Origin: Epiperipatus broadwayi
Taxonomy: Eukaryota; Animalia; Onychophora
Length of the DNA stretch: 64,000 nucleotides
Assembly: GCA_028023455.1 (NCBI GenBank)
Contig: JAQFVV010000006.1
Location: 14,694,001 to 14,758,000, forward strand
Direction of reading: 5' to 3'
A program made the translations under genes and the position numbers. Of this stretch, positions 39,077 to 51,305 are shown in pieces. Below the pieces are notes generated by a model. That model worked only from the letters and a program-made list of their open reading frames with translations, searched no databases and was not told the DNA's origin. The number at the start of each line of letters is the position of its first letter. Within the stretch, counting starts at the first letter, position 1.

Positions 39077-39169
39077 TCTAGGTGCGGTGCTCTCAGATCC
39101 AAGGCTCCTCACTGACGAAGGCCATAAGTCAGAAACTTGTCTGGGGATATTGGATAAGTAGGCACTAGA
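39077..39169 (+). ncRNA. Type I hammerhead ribozyme (H1 copy E, 5'-truncated repeat 39072-39255), sense to STK36
   Basis: TCCTCA-CTGACGA(39112-18)-A-GGC CATAA GTC-A-GAAA-CTTG-TC(39141)/TGGGGA. Confidence 0.72.
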
Positions 39170-39564
39170 TGGGGATTTTATGCACAAGCCTTCTGACATC
39201 CATTGATTACTCTGGCTTGCATTGAGTGGCAATACTGTATGGAGAGTTTTATCTGTTTTTATATCAAGATTATGAAAAAAAGTACCTTGGATAATTTCAG
39301 AGATTATCTGACCTAAAGTGATCTTGTTTTTTGGTAAAACATTTACTCATCATTGCTAGAAAATATACTTTTAGATTTCATTGTAATCAATAAGCTTTAT
39401 GTAGCATATCATTTTTTATGAAATTGTGAATTTAGATTTTTTTATTACAGAAGTATTTTCTAATTAGAAGACAAATATTTACTTTCTTGCATAAATCAAA
39501 CATTATATAGAATACATTAAAGTTTATGAAGATGATATTTTAGATGCGATAATATGGTGGATTA

Positions 39565-40045
39565 TTTCCATCATCTATCATTAAATGTTGAATGTCTAGA
39601 AAATTTTAAACTTTATTTAAACTTTTCATGTATAAATAACTGTTAGTAATAACAATCAAATAGGCAACACAAGTTAGTAGATTACACAGTGGTTTGATGG
39701 TATTATTCTCCGCTCTTCTTCAGGTTATTGCTGGTCTGACCAGTGACGATACTTGCATAGTAGTCGAACGTACACCTTTAGACTCTTGATTATCAAATTT
39801 TTAGACAATGTCCTAATCAAACTCAGTTACTTAAAGCATAAGTTTGACTCTTATGCTAATTTTTTCACTGCTCAGGCCAGCAACACCCGAAGAGAGTGGA
39901 GAATAATACTACTCAAAAGTTTGTGTAATCTACTAACCTGTGTTGTCTATTTAAGTATTATTACTACTAGTTGTAGTATTTGAAAAGTTTAAATAAAGTT
40001 TAAAATTTTCTGGACATTCAACATTTTTTAATAATGGATGATAAA
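39565..40045. repeat. Imperfect palindrome, family H3
   Basis: Same unit and inverted layout as 16570-17225; hammerhead cores decayed. Confidence 0.75.
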
Positions 40046-40082
40046 TAAGCATTTATTTTATATAGCGCATGTTTATAAATTG

Positions 40083-40461
40083 TAATACATTAAAGATCAG
40101 CCTGTCAAGCTATTGTGCATGCACTTTTTACGAGTGTTAATAATAAATGAATACTTTGACTCCCAACACAAGATATAGTATTTAGGAAAGAATAAAATGA
40201 ATCCACTTATTCTATCCAACCCAAGTGCTTATATATGGGCAAATCTTAAGTACTGGAAGTGAAAGCGTGAGGATAGACCACTCACTTCCAGTACTTAAAA
40301 TTTGCCCATATATAAGCACTTGGGTTGGATAGAATAAGTGGATTCATTTTATTCTTTCCTAAATACTATATCTTGTGTTGGGAGTCAAAGTATTCATTTA
40401 TTATTAACACTCGTAAAAAGTGCATGCACAATAGCTTGACAGGCTGATCTTTAATGTATTA
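40083..40461. repeat. Near-perfect hairpin: 180-bp arms, 19-nt spacer
   Basis: 40083-40262 is the reverse complement of 40282-40461, with one mismatch seen. Confidence 0.95.
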
Positions 40462-40558
40462 TAATAATGGATGATGAAAATAATCAAACATATTATCAAT
40501 ATATAGAATAGAAATGAATAAATTCTGATTTTTAAATATAAAATTTTTAGAAATGAAC

Positions 40559-40670
40559 TTAGAATGCATTAAGAAAAACATCACTATCAATATGGAAAAA
40601 AGCCAGTTTGCCGTAACTGAAATCTCTTTCCTGGGCCACATGGTCAACCAGCAAGGGATCATGGCAGTAA
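40559..40670 (+). mobile_element. Gypsy RT fragment
   Basis: NITINMEKSQFAVTEISFLGHMVNQQGI. Confidence 0.7.
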
Positions 40671-41734
40671 ACTTCATAGTAATGATGAAATTAAGATTCA
40701 TACTATATTTTTGAAAATAGATAAGATTTATTCAAAATATGGTTCTTCGCCTTAGATGTCCTTTGAGGATTATCTTTCTTGATACTAAAACAAGAAGCTC
40801 TTAAACAATTGAAAGATTTACGATTTAAGAAATAGGTTTTTTATGTGAAATTCAAACAAAATTTTTCCAAATTCAACAATAGAGCCAGTTAGATTTGATC
40901 TTCCTAAAAATTATCAGAATATCATCAATAGATATAAGATCACCAATAGACATTGTTCTTGTTTGCTTCAAATTGAAATTTAATTTCTTCTACCTTAAGT
41001 TGCTATGGCAAACACATTCTAAGAAATGTATTCTTAATGACGGTTGAAATCAAGCATAGAGTAACTGAAAAGAAACCTTTGATAATCATAAATGAATCAA
41101 TTTCCTGTTTGGAATGTTGGGATCTTTTTTTGATGGTTGAAATGTTTGAAAAAGGAAGAAATTGCATAATAACAATAAGCAAAAAATAAATAAATAATCA
41201 TATATCAGGATTTTTCATGAGGTCATGTGACATTTAAACCCCAAAATGATAAGCTAAGTGCAGTTCCAATTATTTGATCATCTTGAGATTTTGATTGGTC
41301 AAGAATAGTTTGAGGACCTTTAGTTTTGAGTCTGCATTCCATCATTGCAACCATAGAGCAGAGAAACAATAGGATATTGAATGAAAGTTTAACAGAGAGG
41401 GAGATATGGGAATAATGAATAAGAAAAAGGTCAAATAATAAATTTATATAGAAGATTGTAGTCATGAATATTTGATTCAAAGACTATAAAAATTGAAGCT
41501 CCATTTGAAATGTCATATTGATAGGTAAAAATATGAGAACTGCAATTAAGATTTACAAGTTTGCATGGATTTCTTGGACAAGATAAAGAGTTGGTTATTA
41601 TTGACTTGATATTGGAATTAAAATGAAATACTGTGAAAAGATTTGTAATGATAAAAATATAGGATATTGAGAAGTTGAAGGAAGAAATTAATGAGATTTA
41701 AAGCATAAAATAAAATTTTCAAATTAGTTTTGCA

Positions 41735-42590
41735 ATTATCATTATCAATCCACTACAGGGTGAGGGTCCAAGTTCAATCCATCTTCTCTGATTTGTAGTT
41801 GCTCTTCTCCATCTCACCCCTGCACACTTTTTTATTCATCCATCGATCTCACATGTGATCTCTTTTTGGGTCTTTTACAATCTCTTGCAACCCAGTTTGA
41901 GATTTCACTTGTCCATCTATCATTATTTCTTCTAGCAATATGTCTGCTCTTCTATTAAGTGTCATAGAGTCAGATCCATAAATAAGAATTGGTAAAACAC
42001 ATTTTTAAAAACTTCCTTTTCAAACACATAGACATATTTCCTTTTAATATCGAAGTTATTTATAACAAAATCACTCCAAACAAGTTTAATTCTATGATTA
42101 ATTTCAACCATTATATTTCCATCTACAGAAATAATCTGACTAAGGTATTTGTAGTTGTTAACTTCTTCTAACTTATCATAATCAATCTTTATTTTAATCT
42201 TTTGAGAAAATCCATTGAATATTACTTTAATCTTTTTAAAGTTTACCTTTAGTCCTACTTTTTTACTTTTATCTGATAACTCTTGCAACATTTCCTGAAG
42301 CTCTAAAGCATTATTTGCAAAAACAACTACATCATCTGCAAAATCTAAATGATTTAAACAACCTCCATTTACTTTTACTCCTTTAGCTTACCATTTTAAT
42401 CCATAATATACTTTTTGCAGCACTGCTGTAAAAAGTTTTGGAGATATGGAGTCACCCTATCTTACACTCTTCTCACTGTTAACCTTCCTAGTACCATTAT
42501 GTAATCTAATTGTTGTTGTTGCATTTTTATAAATATTCTTCAGATATGACAATATCCTAAGTTTATACCTTGATGATCCAATACTTGTTC
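41735..42590 (-). mobile_element. RTE LINE, 5'-truncated, RT C-terminus and 3' tail
   Basis: GDSISPKLFTAV, NHLDFADDVVVF, MLQELSDKSKKVGLKVNFKK; TGATAA-type tail. Confidence 0.9.
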
Positions 42591-42599
42591 TTTTGGTTA

Positions 42600-42705
42600 A
42601 TTGATTACTCTAGATTGCTGTGTATGGCAATATGTATAGTGAGTTTTGCCTGTTTTAACAACAGTTATACACAAGCGTAAGAGGTGGTGGTCATGTGATG
42701 TTTAT
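42600..42705 (+). mobile_element. 3' tail only of family H1
   Basis: GATTACTCTAG...GAGTTTTGCCTGTTTTAACAACAGTTATACACAAG...GGTCATGTGATG. Confidence 0.7.
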
Positions 42706-43179
42706 TTGCTTAGAGTATCGTATTCTGTTGTGTATTTGCATATAGCCACTCCGAATATTAACAAATAAATCAATAAATGGTAAAATGTAATTAATAGCAA
42801 AAAGTTATTGATACACACAAAACACAGTATATACAGTTCACTTAAAATTCACTTCCCATGATGCACTTAACAACTGGCTGCTTGCTGGACATTTTCCCTC
42901 CGGTTTCAGTTTCCAAACACTTTGGCTCCATTCAGCTGCTGCTTGTGATCATGTTGGCTTTGCATTAGAGTGCTGCACCATTGCTTATACTTCTTTCAGC
43001 TACTGCCTGTTAAAATCTTCTACCAAAAGTTCACTTGGTAAACCCACTGAAATAAGAACCATGCATACACACAGATATTTATTATCTTCTCAATAGCTAA
43101 CTAACAACTCTATCAGTTAAAATTTACACACCTTACTTTAAACATGTTCTAATATGAATTTTCAATACTTGTGTGATTG

Positions 43180-43335
43180 TCATGGGTGACATCACACAGC
43201 CATCCAGGAATTAAATTGTCACATCTCGCACATATATATATATATTTGTGTGATTTTGATACAATTAGGTCATGGTTGACATCACACAGCCATCAGGGAA
43301 TTAAATTATCACACCTCATATATATATATATATGT
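43180..43335 (+). repeat. Two ~90-bp tandem units ending in (TA)n
   Basis: CATGGKTGACATCACACAGCCATC..GAATTAAATTRTCACA repeated. Confidence 0.8.
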
Positions 43336-43369
43336 GTAATTATATAACTGAATATTTGTAAATACAGTA

Positions 43370-44100
43370 ACTAAATAATTAAAAATTTTATCCACTTAGT
43401 AGCGCTTTCGATTATCCCAGTAATCTTTGTCAACTAAAGCTTTAAAATGCTAACTTTCCCACAATTTCATGATCTTAACGTTTGCTGCTTGCCTGTTAAT
43501 TAAGTCATAATTATATTTGTATATTAGCATAGCTTCCTTTATTTTTCTTTTATTGTTATTTTTTTCAATTTGCAATATTTTTACATTGTTAAAATTGAAG
43601 TCAAAACCATAAATACATGATTTATTATGGTCATAAAAAACAGATGCTGAAATATTATTATCTACTATGCAATTTTGTTTCAATTTCTGAACTCGTTTTA
43701 ATAATAGCAAGTGTTCTTCTTTAGTTCTTTTTTCCCAACGTGCATTTAGATTCACCTATATATCCACTGCCACACCTACATATCCATTTATAAATGACAC
43801 AATTTTTATTTATAAATGAGGTTTTATCTTTGGAGTTATTTATTAATTTGTTTAATATAGGAGGTGTGTAAAATGTAATATCACATATACCTTTATAAAT
43901 TTTCCTTATAAAATTTACTTGATCATTTGAAATATATGGGATTGATATCCATATTTTTTTATTAGCAGGCGAATCAATATTATTATTAAAATTTTTATTC
44001 TTATATTTTGTATTAAAATCTCTAATAACATTATATATACGATTATAACTGAAGCCAACATTTAACAATTCATTCGAATATATTTCAATATTTTTGCCTT
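43370..44100 (-). mobile_element. Penelope-like element 3' fragment (GIY-YIG endonuclease, frameshifted)
   Basis: ISIPYIS, CVIYKWICRCGSGYIGES, FNFNNVKILQIE...RKIKEAMLI; stop at 43450. Confidence 0.9.
43395..43438 (-). ncRNA. Minimal type I hammerhead, U3:A8 variant
   Basis: TTAG-TTGACAA-A-GATTA CTGGGA TAATC-GAAA-GCGC-TA/CTAA; all stems pair. Confidence 0.75.
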
Positions 44101-46220
44101 TATCCGATGAATATTTGCAAAGAACATTATTTCTAAATAACTAGAAATCAATGCATGCTAGATTATTGTATAACCATTAAACCAATAGTAAAAAGAGGTT
44201 ATATTCCATATAAATCAAAAGTGCCAATGTCACACAAAATGGCAGCTTTGAAGTCCTTCTTATTTAGAAATAATATTAGCTAGCTGAAATTAGTTTTCTA
44301 TGAGTGATTAAGCAATCCAAGGCATGTCAGTCAAAGACCTGGAATTATGCAGTTTTATCCAAATATAAATATTGATTGTGCATAAGAAGAAAACTATGCC
44401 GTAAGACAGAAGAGGACTCTTTTATAAGATCTATGTTATGTTTGTTTTTAATGAGTCTCATATTCATTGTTTATTATCACAATATCCAAAGAGGATAATT
44501 AAAACCAAGTATGCATGTATGTGGTAAGATTTTTTCTTTATTAGAATATATGATTTTAAAATTAAAATTAGTATAGGTTTTTATATATGTAAATGACAGT
44601 TTCAGTATTTTGTATTTTATTTATTTTTTTGATTTTATAATAATTGGAATACTATAATTTTATTATTTATTTATTTTATAATTACTGTACATAAATTATT
44701 TTATTATTAAATTTAGTTCCTTTGGCTATTTTAACTGATTCCTAATATTTACCAGTAATATACCAACCACTAAACCTGAGAAGTTATACTTTTTGTTGGG
44801 GGATATGCTAGAGTAATGAAAGTACATTGAAGTGACAATGAGCAGAGATAATAAAGAACCCCAAAGTTATCTATCTATAAAGAAAGTGGTCCCTAAGATT
44901 AATTTAAATTGAAACTATAAAAAAAAATTAGAAAATGCTTTTGGAGTAATTATGCTGAATTTAATTTTCAGTGCACCAAGATCATTTTAATCATCATCAC
45001 CACAGTGTTTGTTATATTTAATGTGAACCACATTTCATGTTGGATGTTGCAAACATCATACATAGATTTAAACCAATTTATTTGATTAAACTATATACTT
45101 ATCAATGCCATTACAATATCATTCGATATCTTCATCTATGCTTAGATCTTGGTTTATTATATGAACTAAAAATTTTTTTACATCTATGTGTACAATTTAT
45201 CATTATGTATCTTCATATATGCTTCGACCATTTTCTAGGGTCATTTTCAAAGTATTCTTTTGCCCTTGTTACCATCATTTCACATAGGTTGAGATGTAGA
45301 ATGTTTTACATTTTAATCTTATGATTATTTTTAAGATCTTTTCATTCATTTAGTTACTTTCAATTAAATTGAAGGCAACTGGACAAAACAGGATATGGTC
45401 AAAATGCCGATGGAGATATGGAATGATATGTTGTAAATATCAATGTGAGAAAAAATTTAGTTCATACAATAAGTCAAAATTTATAAAGTGGGTATGTAGA
45501 GGATTATTTATAGATTGGAATTAATGAGTCAATTTTAAAAGAAATAAAGAGGTATTTATTGATTAGTTTATTAGGTCATATTTAGAATTAACTTGGATGA
45601 AATGGATAATCTGGTTTGCAGAGATGAAGAATAAGAATTTCCATATTTAATAAGGTAATTGGGCAAAGGAATAAATCGTGAAGAATAATTATATATATTT
45701 AAAATGTATGTGGATATGTATAATGATTTCTATTGTAGATAGGGGAAAAAAATTTTGGTTTATACTGGAGAATGGGATTTATAAAAATTATTTAATAGGT
45801 TATTGGATGTCTTAGTATTGAGAAATTTATTCAATTTAAATTCATATGTCTTTTTCTGACCAAGGACCAGATTATAAATTATTTTAAAAATATATTTAAA
45901 AATTTGGCTTCACCAACAGCAGTTAAATTTTGGGAAGATGTCAGTAATAGCTTTATTTTTATCTTTTTTAAAAAGAATGCATATTATACTTCTATTTATT
46001 GCAGCAGTAGTAGCGAAAACATTAATATTCTAATTTGAAGTTATCTTACCATTCAGCAAAGCCTTTATAAAAATGAAATTAGTAAACAATCCAGCAAAGA
46101 AGTTGCGTCAGTTTTAATCATCTGGGTTATGTATAAAATCTTTTCATTTTAAATGTATTAGTTTTTTTTAATTTTCTTTTTATTGATTAAATCTTTACAA
46201 AATCTCATTCAGTTAAATTA

Positions 46221-46258
46221 TCTTACAGTTTCGTCTGTCTAGCAGTCTTCTTCAAAAT
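46221..46258 (-). ncRNA. Degenerate minimal hammerhead (family H2)
   Basis: TTGAAGA-A-GACTG CTAGA CAGAC-GAAA-CTG-TA-AGAT. Confidence 0.45.
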
Positions 46259-47222
46259 TATAAAATGTAATTACTTTCCATTATTTTTTACATAAATGTA
46301 TGATAATCTTATTTAAATATATTTACATTATTTATTTATTTAGCATATAGATTTAAACAGCTTATCTGTTAACAAGATATAAACCGGTAGAGGTTGTGAC
46401 TATGATCTAGGTTCACTAGTAGCTTTATTAAGTCCTTCAATTTTGTTACTGTAGTTCGTACATGCAACAGTCATTAACAATAATTCAATATTCAAAAATC
46501 TAAAGGCCCATGTTTGATTTCCATACTATTAGTGTCACTGGTCAGACCAGAAGCGCCCGAAGAAGTGATTGGAAAATAATACCATTCGAAATGTGTATGT
46601 GTTAACCTGTGTGCTATTACTAATAGTCGAACGTAATTGGAAAATTTAAATAAAATTAAATTTTTCTAAAGACATTCAATATTTAATATTAGACGACGGA
46701 AATAGTCCAATGTATAAATACTAAATATAGTTCACAGCTTGTATTTCCCACATTTACAAAGGTCAATGGCTGATATGTAGAATTTATGAAACATATGCAC
46801 GCAATGACCATGGGTTGTCCTGAATCGGCTGATGAAATTTCAGGTTCCCATCTGGTTCCATTGTGGATCTGGACAAGGAAATTTATTTAGAATCTCTTAA
46901 GAATTCAATTTATGAAAGCTATCAAATGTAAATATAATTTATCAGAAAACCTCTAAGAATAAAATGATCACTGATATACTTTCTTTGCGTAGATTTTTAA
47001 ACAGAGTTTGCTGCTGGATTTATTAAATATATATATTATACAAATATATTTTTTTTGTAAAAGGAATAAAGATTTTGTAAAGAATCTTTATTTTTAATTT
47101 TATGAAAAATATTGTATGTGTAAGTATATAATTTAATATTAAAAATATTGTATAAATGATAATAAATGTATATGTGAATATATCAAATTAAAGTTATTGT
47201 ATGTTTGTATAAAAAATGATGT

Positions 47223-47264
47223 AGTTCTGAAGAAGACTAGATAGATGGTCGAAACTGTAATGTA
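47223..47264 (+). ncRNA. Minimal hammerhead (family H2): core intact, stem I damaged
   Basis: CTGAAGA-A-GACTA GATAGA TGGTC-GAAA-CTG-TA-ATGT. Confidence 0.5.
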
Positions 47265-47395
47265 TTTGAATAAAATATTGTGAAGAGTACAAAGAAGGAG
47301 GAGAGATTTTGCAGTGATTTACTTTAAATAAGTAATGCTGGACAAATGGAAAAATATTGGTTAGTTGTTTTTTACGGTTTTATTTTTTTTTCCAG

Positions 47396-47608
47396 AAAAC
47401 TCAGACTGCATCGTTATTCGTAGACAGTGGAATATGGGATATTTTGTGGTTACGAATTGCACAAGGATTTCATATAAAAAAAGATGACATTCCATGTGAA
47501 TTGCACGGATTAGATAAGAAAAAGGGCATTCAAGAGCCTGATTGGACCCTTGTTTCTCCTCAAGGATTATCTGCTGTGCTAAATTTTGCTATGTATATGT
47601 TTACTCAG
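47396..47608 (+). CDS. STK36: STK36 exon (…IWDILWLRI…EPDWTLVSPQGLSAVLNFAMYMFTQ)
   Basis: ttccag|, |gtattg, phase 0/0; near-identical to human [25 protein letters not shown]. Confidence 0.95.
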
Positions 47609-47689
47609 GTATTGTTAATTTTTGTCAATTATTTTTTATCTCATAGACAGTTCAGTTAATTTTTTTCTCAATATAGTAAAGGTTCGTTA

Positions 47690-48460
47690 TAAGTGCTATT
47701 CTAGTGACTTCTATAAGAGAAGTATAAAACTGACTATAAATAGATCATTGCCAGGTAAAGACTTAATATTATTCAGCTTTATCTTAGCTTTGGTAGCTTA
47801 AGTGATAGCCTATGTGATAAGTAGACTCATGATTATTACTTACCAGATGCCCCAGTTTAAAATTAGTCAAGCATAGATGGTTTTTAAGACATTCAGTCTT
47901 GACTTCAAAGATGGTTTAAAATTAGCTGCTCTTGCTAGCTTTGGAGCAATCTTCACAATAGAGTAGAATTAGTGGAACGAGAATGGTATTCAAATCATAA
48001 GTTTTTTTTCTAAGACTATGGAATTCTTCTTCCAAAGCCTGTGGATTTATGATGTTAGCAATGGTCTTTACTAGAGCCGGTCAAATTTTTCTGGAAGCTG
48101 GAATCCACTGGAAATATTGTATTTAGTTGGAACCTGTATACTTTTGTTGAAAGTGTTAGCCTTCTTGAAGCTATGGATTTCTTCTTGAAGCTGTAAACAT
48201 TTTGCAGGCTTTAAATATGAGTACAGATATCCAAAATGCCCAATTCTCCAGTCTTCATTAGATAACTGTAGTCTTCTCTTTGGTCAGTGATGCTTTCATT
48301 AGTTGTATTTCAATTAATTATAACTGCTGTCACAAAAGGTGATGGGTTGAGTCTATGCTTGACACAAGAGAGTTTGACCAATGAAAAATCTTGAGTTAGG
48401 TTATCACTAACTGGATTTCTCATCAGATTAGATTAGTGTTTTCTGTGAAGTCTCTGTGCT
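47690..48460 (-). mobile_element. Decayed non-LTR retrotransposon-like fragment
   Basis: Coding-like composition on the minus strand with many stops; family not resolved. Confidence 0.25.
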
Positions 48461-50564
48461 TGTTTAAAACATTTTGATCTGCAGCACTTCGTTCATATGT
48501 ATGGACTATCACCTAGAGCAGAGATGAGCAAGACACTGATCATGGTCCACCAGACTGGCAAGAAATTTTGGAGTGACCGCTTAAATTAAAAAAAAGTAAT
48601 TGTAACTGATATTACATTATGTTAGATTAGATAGCAATGCATAAAAAAATACAATTTTCACACATGTATGGCTATTACAGTGAGAATTGGCTCTTTAAGC
48701 AGCTTCATATAGTCAGGCACTGTCAATGAATGTGTCAGATGATACATTTGCAAAATGCAGAATGCTGGATATGTCCATTACCAATTCATCAGCTTGAATG
48801 CTTTCACTGCACAAAGCAAAGACACTATTGGAAGCATTGCATACAGTCAGCCAGTCATGAAGCCGATAGGTGCATTTTTTATAGTGACCGGAGCACAGGT
48901 TTAATTATTAATATTTTACCCTATTTTAAAATGGGGGTAAGATCTGAAACAATTACAAAGAAAAGACTGACATATAATCTTAATATAGAATAGGAAAAAC
49001 AGTTTTCCCAATGGTGAGTGCAAAAATGTGTGTGTTATATAGCTCATGCAAGCGTGTTATTTCCAAAATAAGGGAATGTTGAAAGACATTCTAAAATCAT
49101 GTATGTAATATCTAAGTTGTAGACTGCGACATTTTAGAGAAAATTACACATTATCCTTGCACTGAAAAAAGACTGCCCTTCCCTGATTTACAGTTTCGGC
49201 AGTTGACGATCTTACAAACAGTTTGATTTTGTAACTGTCATGTGCATGACCATCTACTTGTCCATTGCCATGAGTCATCTATCTGTCATTCATTTCACAT
49301 ACTCAGTATATACTTACCACACAATCATTTGATTACTTTTTCTCAGTTTATTAGTGTATCATCCTTTTCTTATTTGCATTATTTATATTTTTCTGTTACT
49401 TTGTTTATGCTTGAATGTATATATTTAAAAATTAAAAATGTATTATAGTTGTGTGTGTATGTGTCAAGCCCTTATGGTGTTTGATATTATCATCCACAGT
49501 TTCAGATGCAAGGCTTTAAATCGAATTCAGTAGATTGTGGTATATACATTTTGGTTGAGTGATGGTAGAGAGGAAATTGGCCATAATTTAAATATTTTTG
49601 GTGAGATATTTAAGTTGACGGAATGATTTTTTTGTTTATTGAACTGCAGGCACTTCATTAATATTGAAGGGGGTATTGGTCAGTACCAAAATTTATTAAT
49701 AAATTGTACAGGAATCAGAGTTATAGGTCAGTGATGTTGTCTATCTTTGTTTAGTTTGATATTTAATGTAACGAGTTGCTAGATTGGATATTGGTTCAAC
49801 AAGAATTTATTTGCTATCTGATTTGTTAATAATGTGGTAGTAATTTTTATTAATAAAGATGAGCTTAATAGATTGTTAAGTAAGTCAGCATATTAATAGA
49901 TAAAGTATTAAGATTAATAATTATTCAAAACTAATAATGAAAGATTTCACTATGCAGGGATAAGGTATCTGCATGCTACATCTATAACCTCCGTTCGAAT
50001 CTGATCAAGTAATGCTTGAATTTTTTTTTTCTTCTGGATTCTATTTTTTATGGTAGATGATCCATACCCAATACAAATAATTATTCGTATTTGATGGTAA
50101 ATGGGTATTTAAATATTCTTAACTAGAGAGTAGAACAAGAATGGAATATTCAGATCCTCACTGGCCAGCAATTGAGAAGTCTGTTGAGTGGTGCTTTCTT
50201 TGCTGTTATTCTGCAAAGGAATGTTGTAGAGTCCTCTGCCCTGTCATAGGTTATTTTAGGTCTGTTTTATACACCTTTTACAATAGTTACGATGTAGTTA
50301 TTCCTTTTAAATTAATATGCCGATTAAATTTCAAAGATTAAACTTTATATAATGTCTCATGAAAGTGTAATTGGAAAGGTTCGGGGAACGCTAATAGAAT
50401 ATTGCCTAATAGGATTTTTTTTTTTATTCTAGCAAATAGCTTACAGTTTCAACTGTTCAACAATATTTCTCAGAGCTTGTAGTATTTAAAAACTGTTAAA
50501 GAAATATATTTTTAAATTTTGTTATTATACATGAATAGGAGAAAAGCTAGATAATGTGAAACAA

Positions 50565-50770
50565 GTGTGAGATGTGAAGAGAATGAACAGATAAGTATCA
50601 TTCTAGTGGTAAAAATACTAGAAATAGGGTAGTATTGTTTTCATTCCATATTTGCTAAATATTTTGCCTGGTATTGTGAGGTGAAGAATGAACAGATAAG
50701 TATCGTTCTAGTGGTGAAAGTAATAGGATAAGTATTGTTTTCGTACCATATTTGCTAAATATTTTGCCTT
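50565..50770 (+). repeat. Two ~105-bp tandem units
   Basis: GTGAAGARAATGAACAGATAAGTATC.TTCTAGTGGT...CCATATTTGCTAAATATTTTGCCT twice. Confidence 0.85.
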
Positions 50771-50936
50771 ATATGTAAAATGTATATAATTCCATTTTTT
50801 TACATTTTTTGACAACATTTTTAGTAATGGAAAATTTTATTGTTTAATCAAGTTTGTTTGCATGTTTATCTGTAGTTAGTTGTTTATTATTTTGAATTAT
50901 ATATATATATTAAAATGCAATTCTTACTTGTTTTAG

Positions 50937-51040
50937 GATTGTCAGTTATGTCTGCGAAGTTTCTGTTCTCTGAAAAATTTAATAATACAAATTTTGAGTC
51001 ATTTAATTTCTTCTGAATGTCTTGAATTGATTGTTTATAG
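50937..51040 (+). CDS. STK36: STK36 exon (DCQLCLRSF...ILSHLISSECL)
   Basis: ttttag|, |gtaata, phase 0/2; matches human EPQLCLSCL...ILKHLLCPSFL. Confidence 0.9.
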
Positions 51041-51176
51041 GTAATAGGATTATATTTTATTTTATTTTAAAACTGATATTTTTTCTTAATTATTTTATTT
51101 AAAACTGTTAAGATAAACTTATAAAATTATTGTACATATATTTATTTCTTCTTCTTTTTTTTTTTTTTGGAATAAG

Positions 51177-51305
51177 AGTTGTCTCACCCAAAACTCAAAA
51201 TGTTGAACATCGGATAGACATCGATATAATTCTTAAAATAGTTCAGTTATTTTGTTTTCCATTTGCCGTTGATGTTGATAAAATTGTACAGGAAGACATC
51301 GAATG
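51177..51305 (+). CDS. STK36: STK36 exon (…IVQLFCFPFAVDVD…)
   Basis: taag|, |gtaag, phase 2/2; matches human VCQLLCFPFALDMD. Confidence 0.9.

Noticed and set aside
48513-49181. hAT-like ends (CAGAGATGAGCAA / CTGCCCTTCCCTG)
   Set aside because: The TIR match is poor, there is no 8-bp TSD and no clear transposase.
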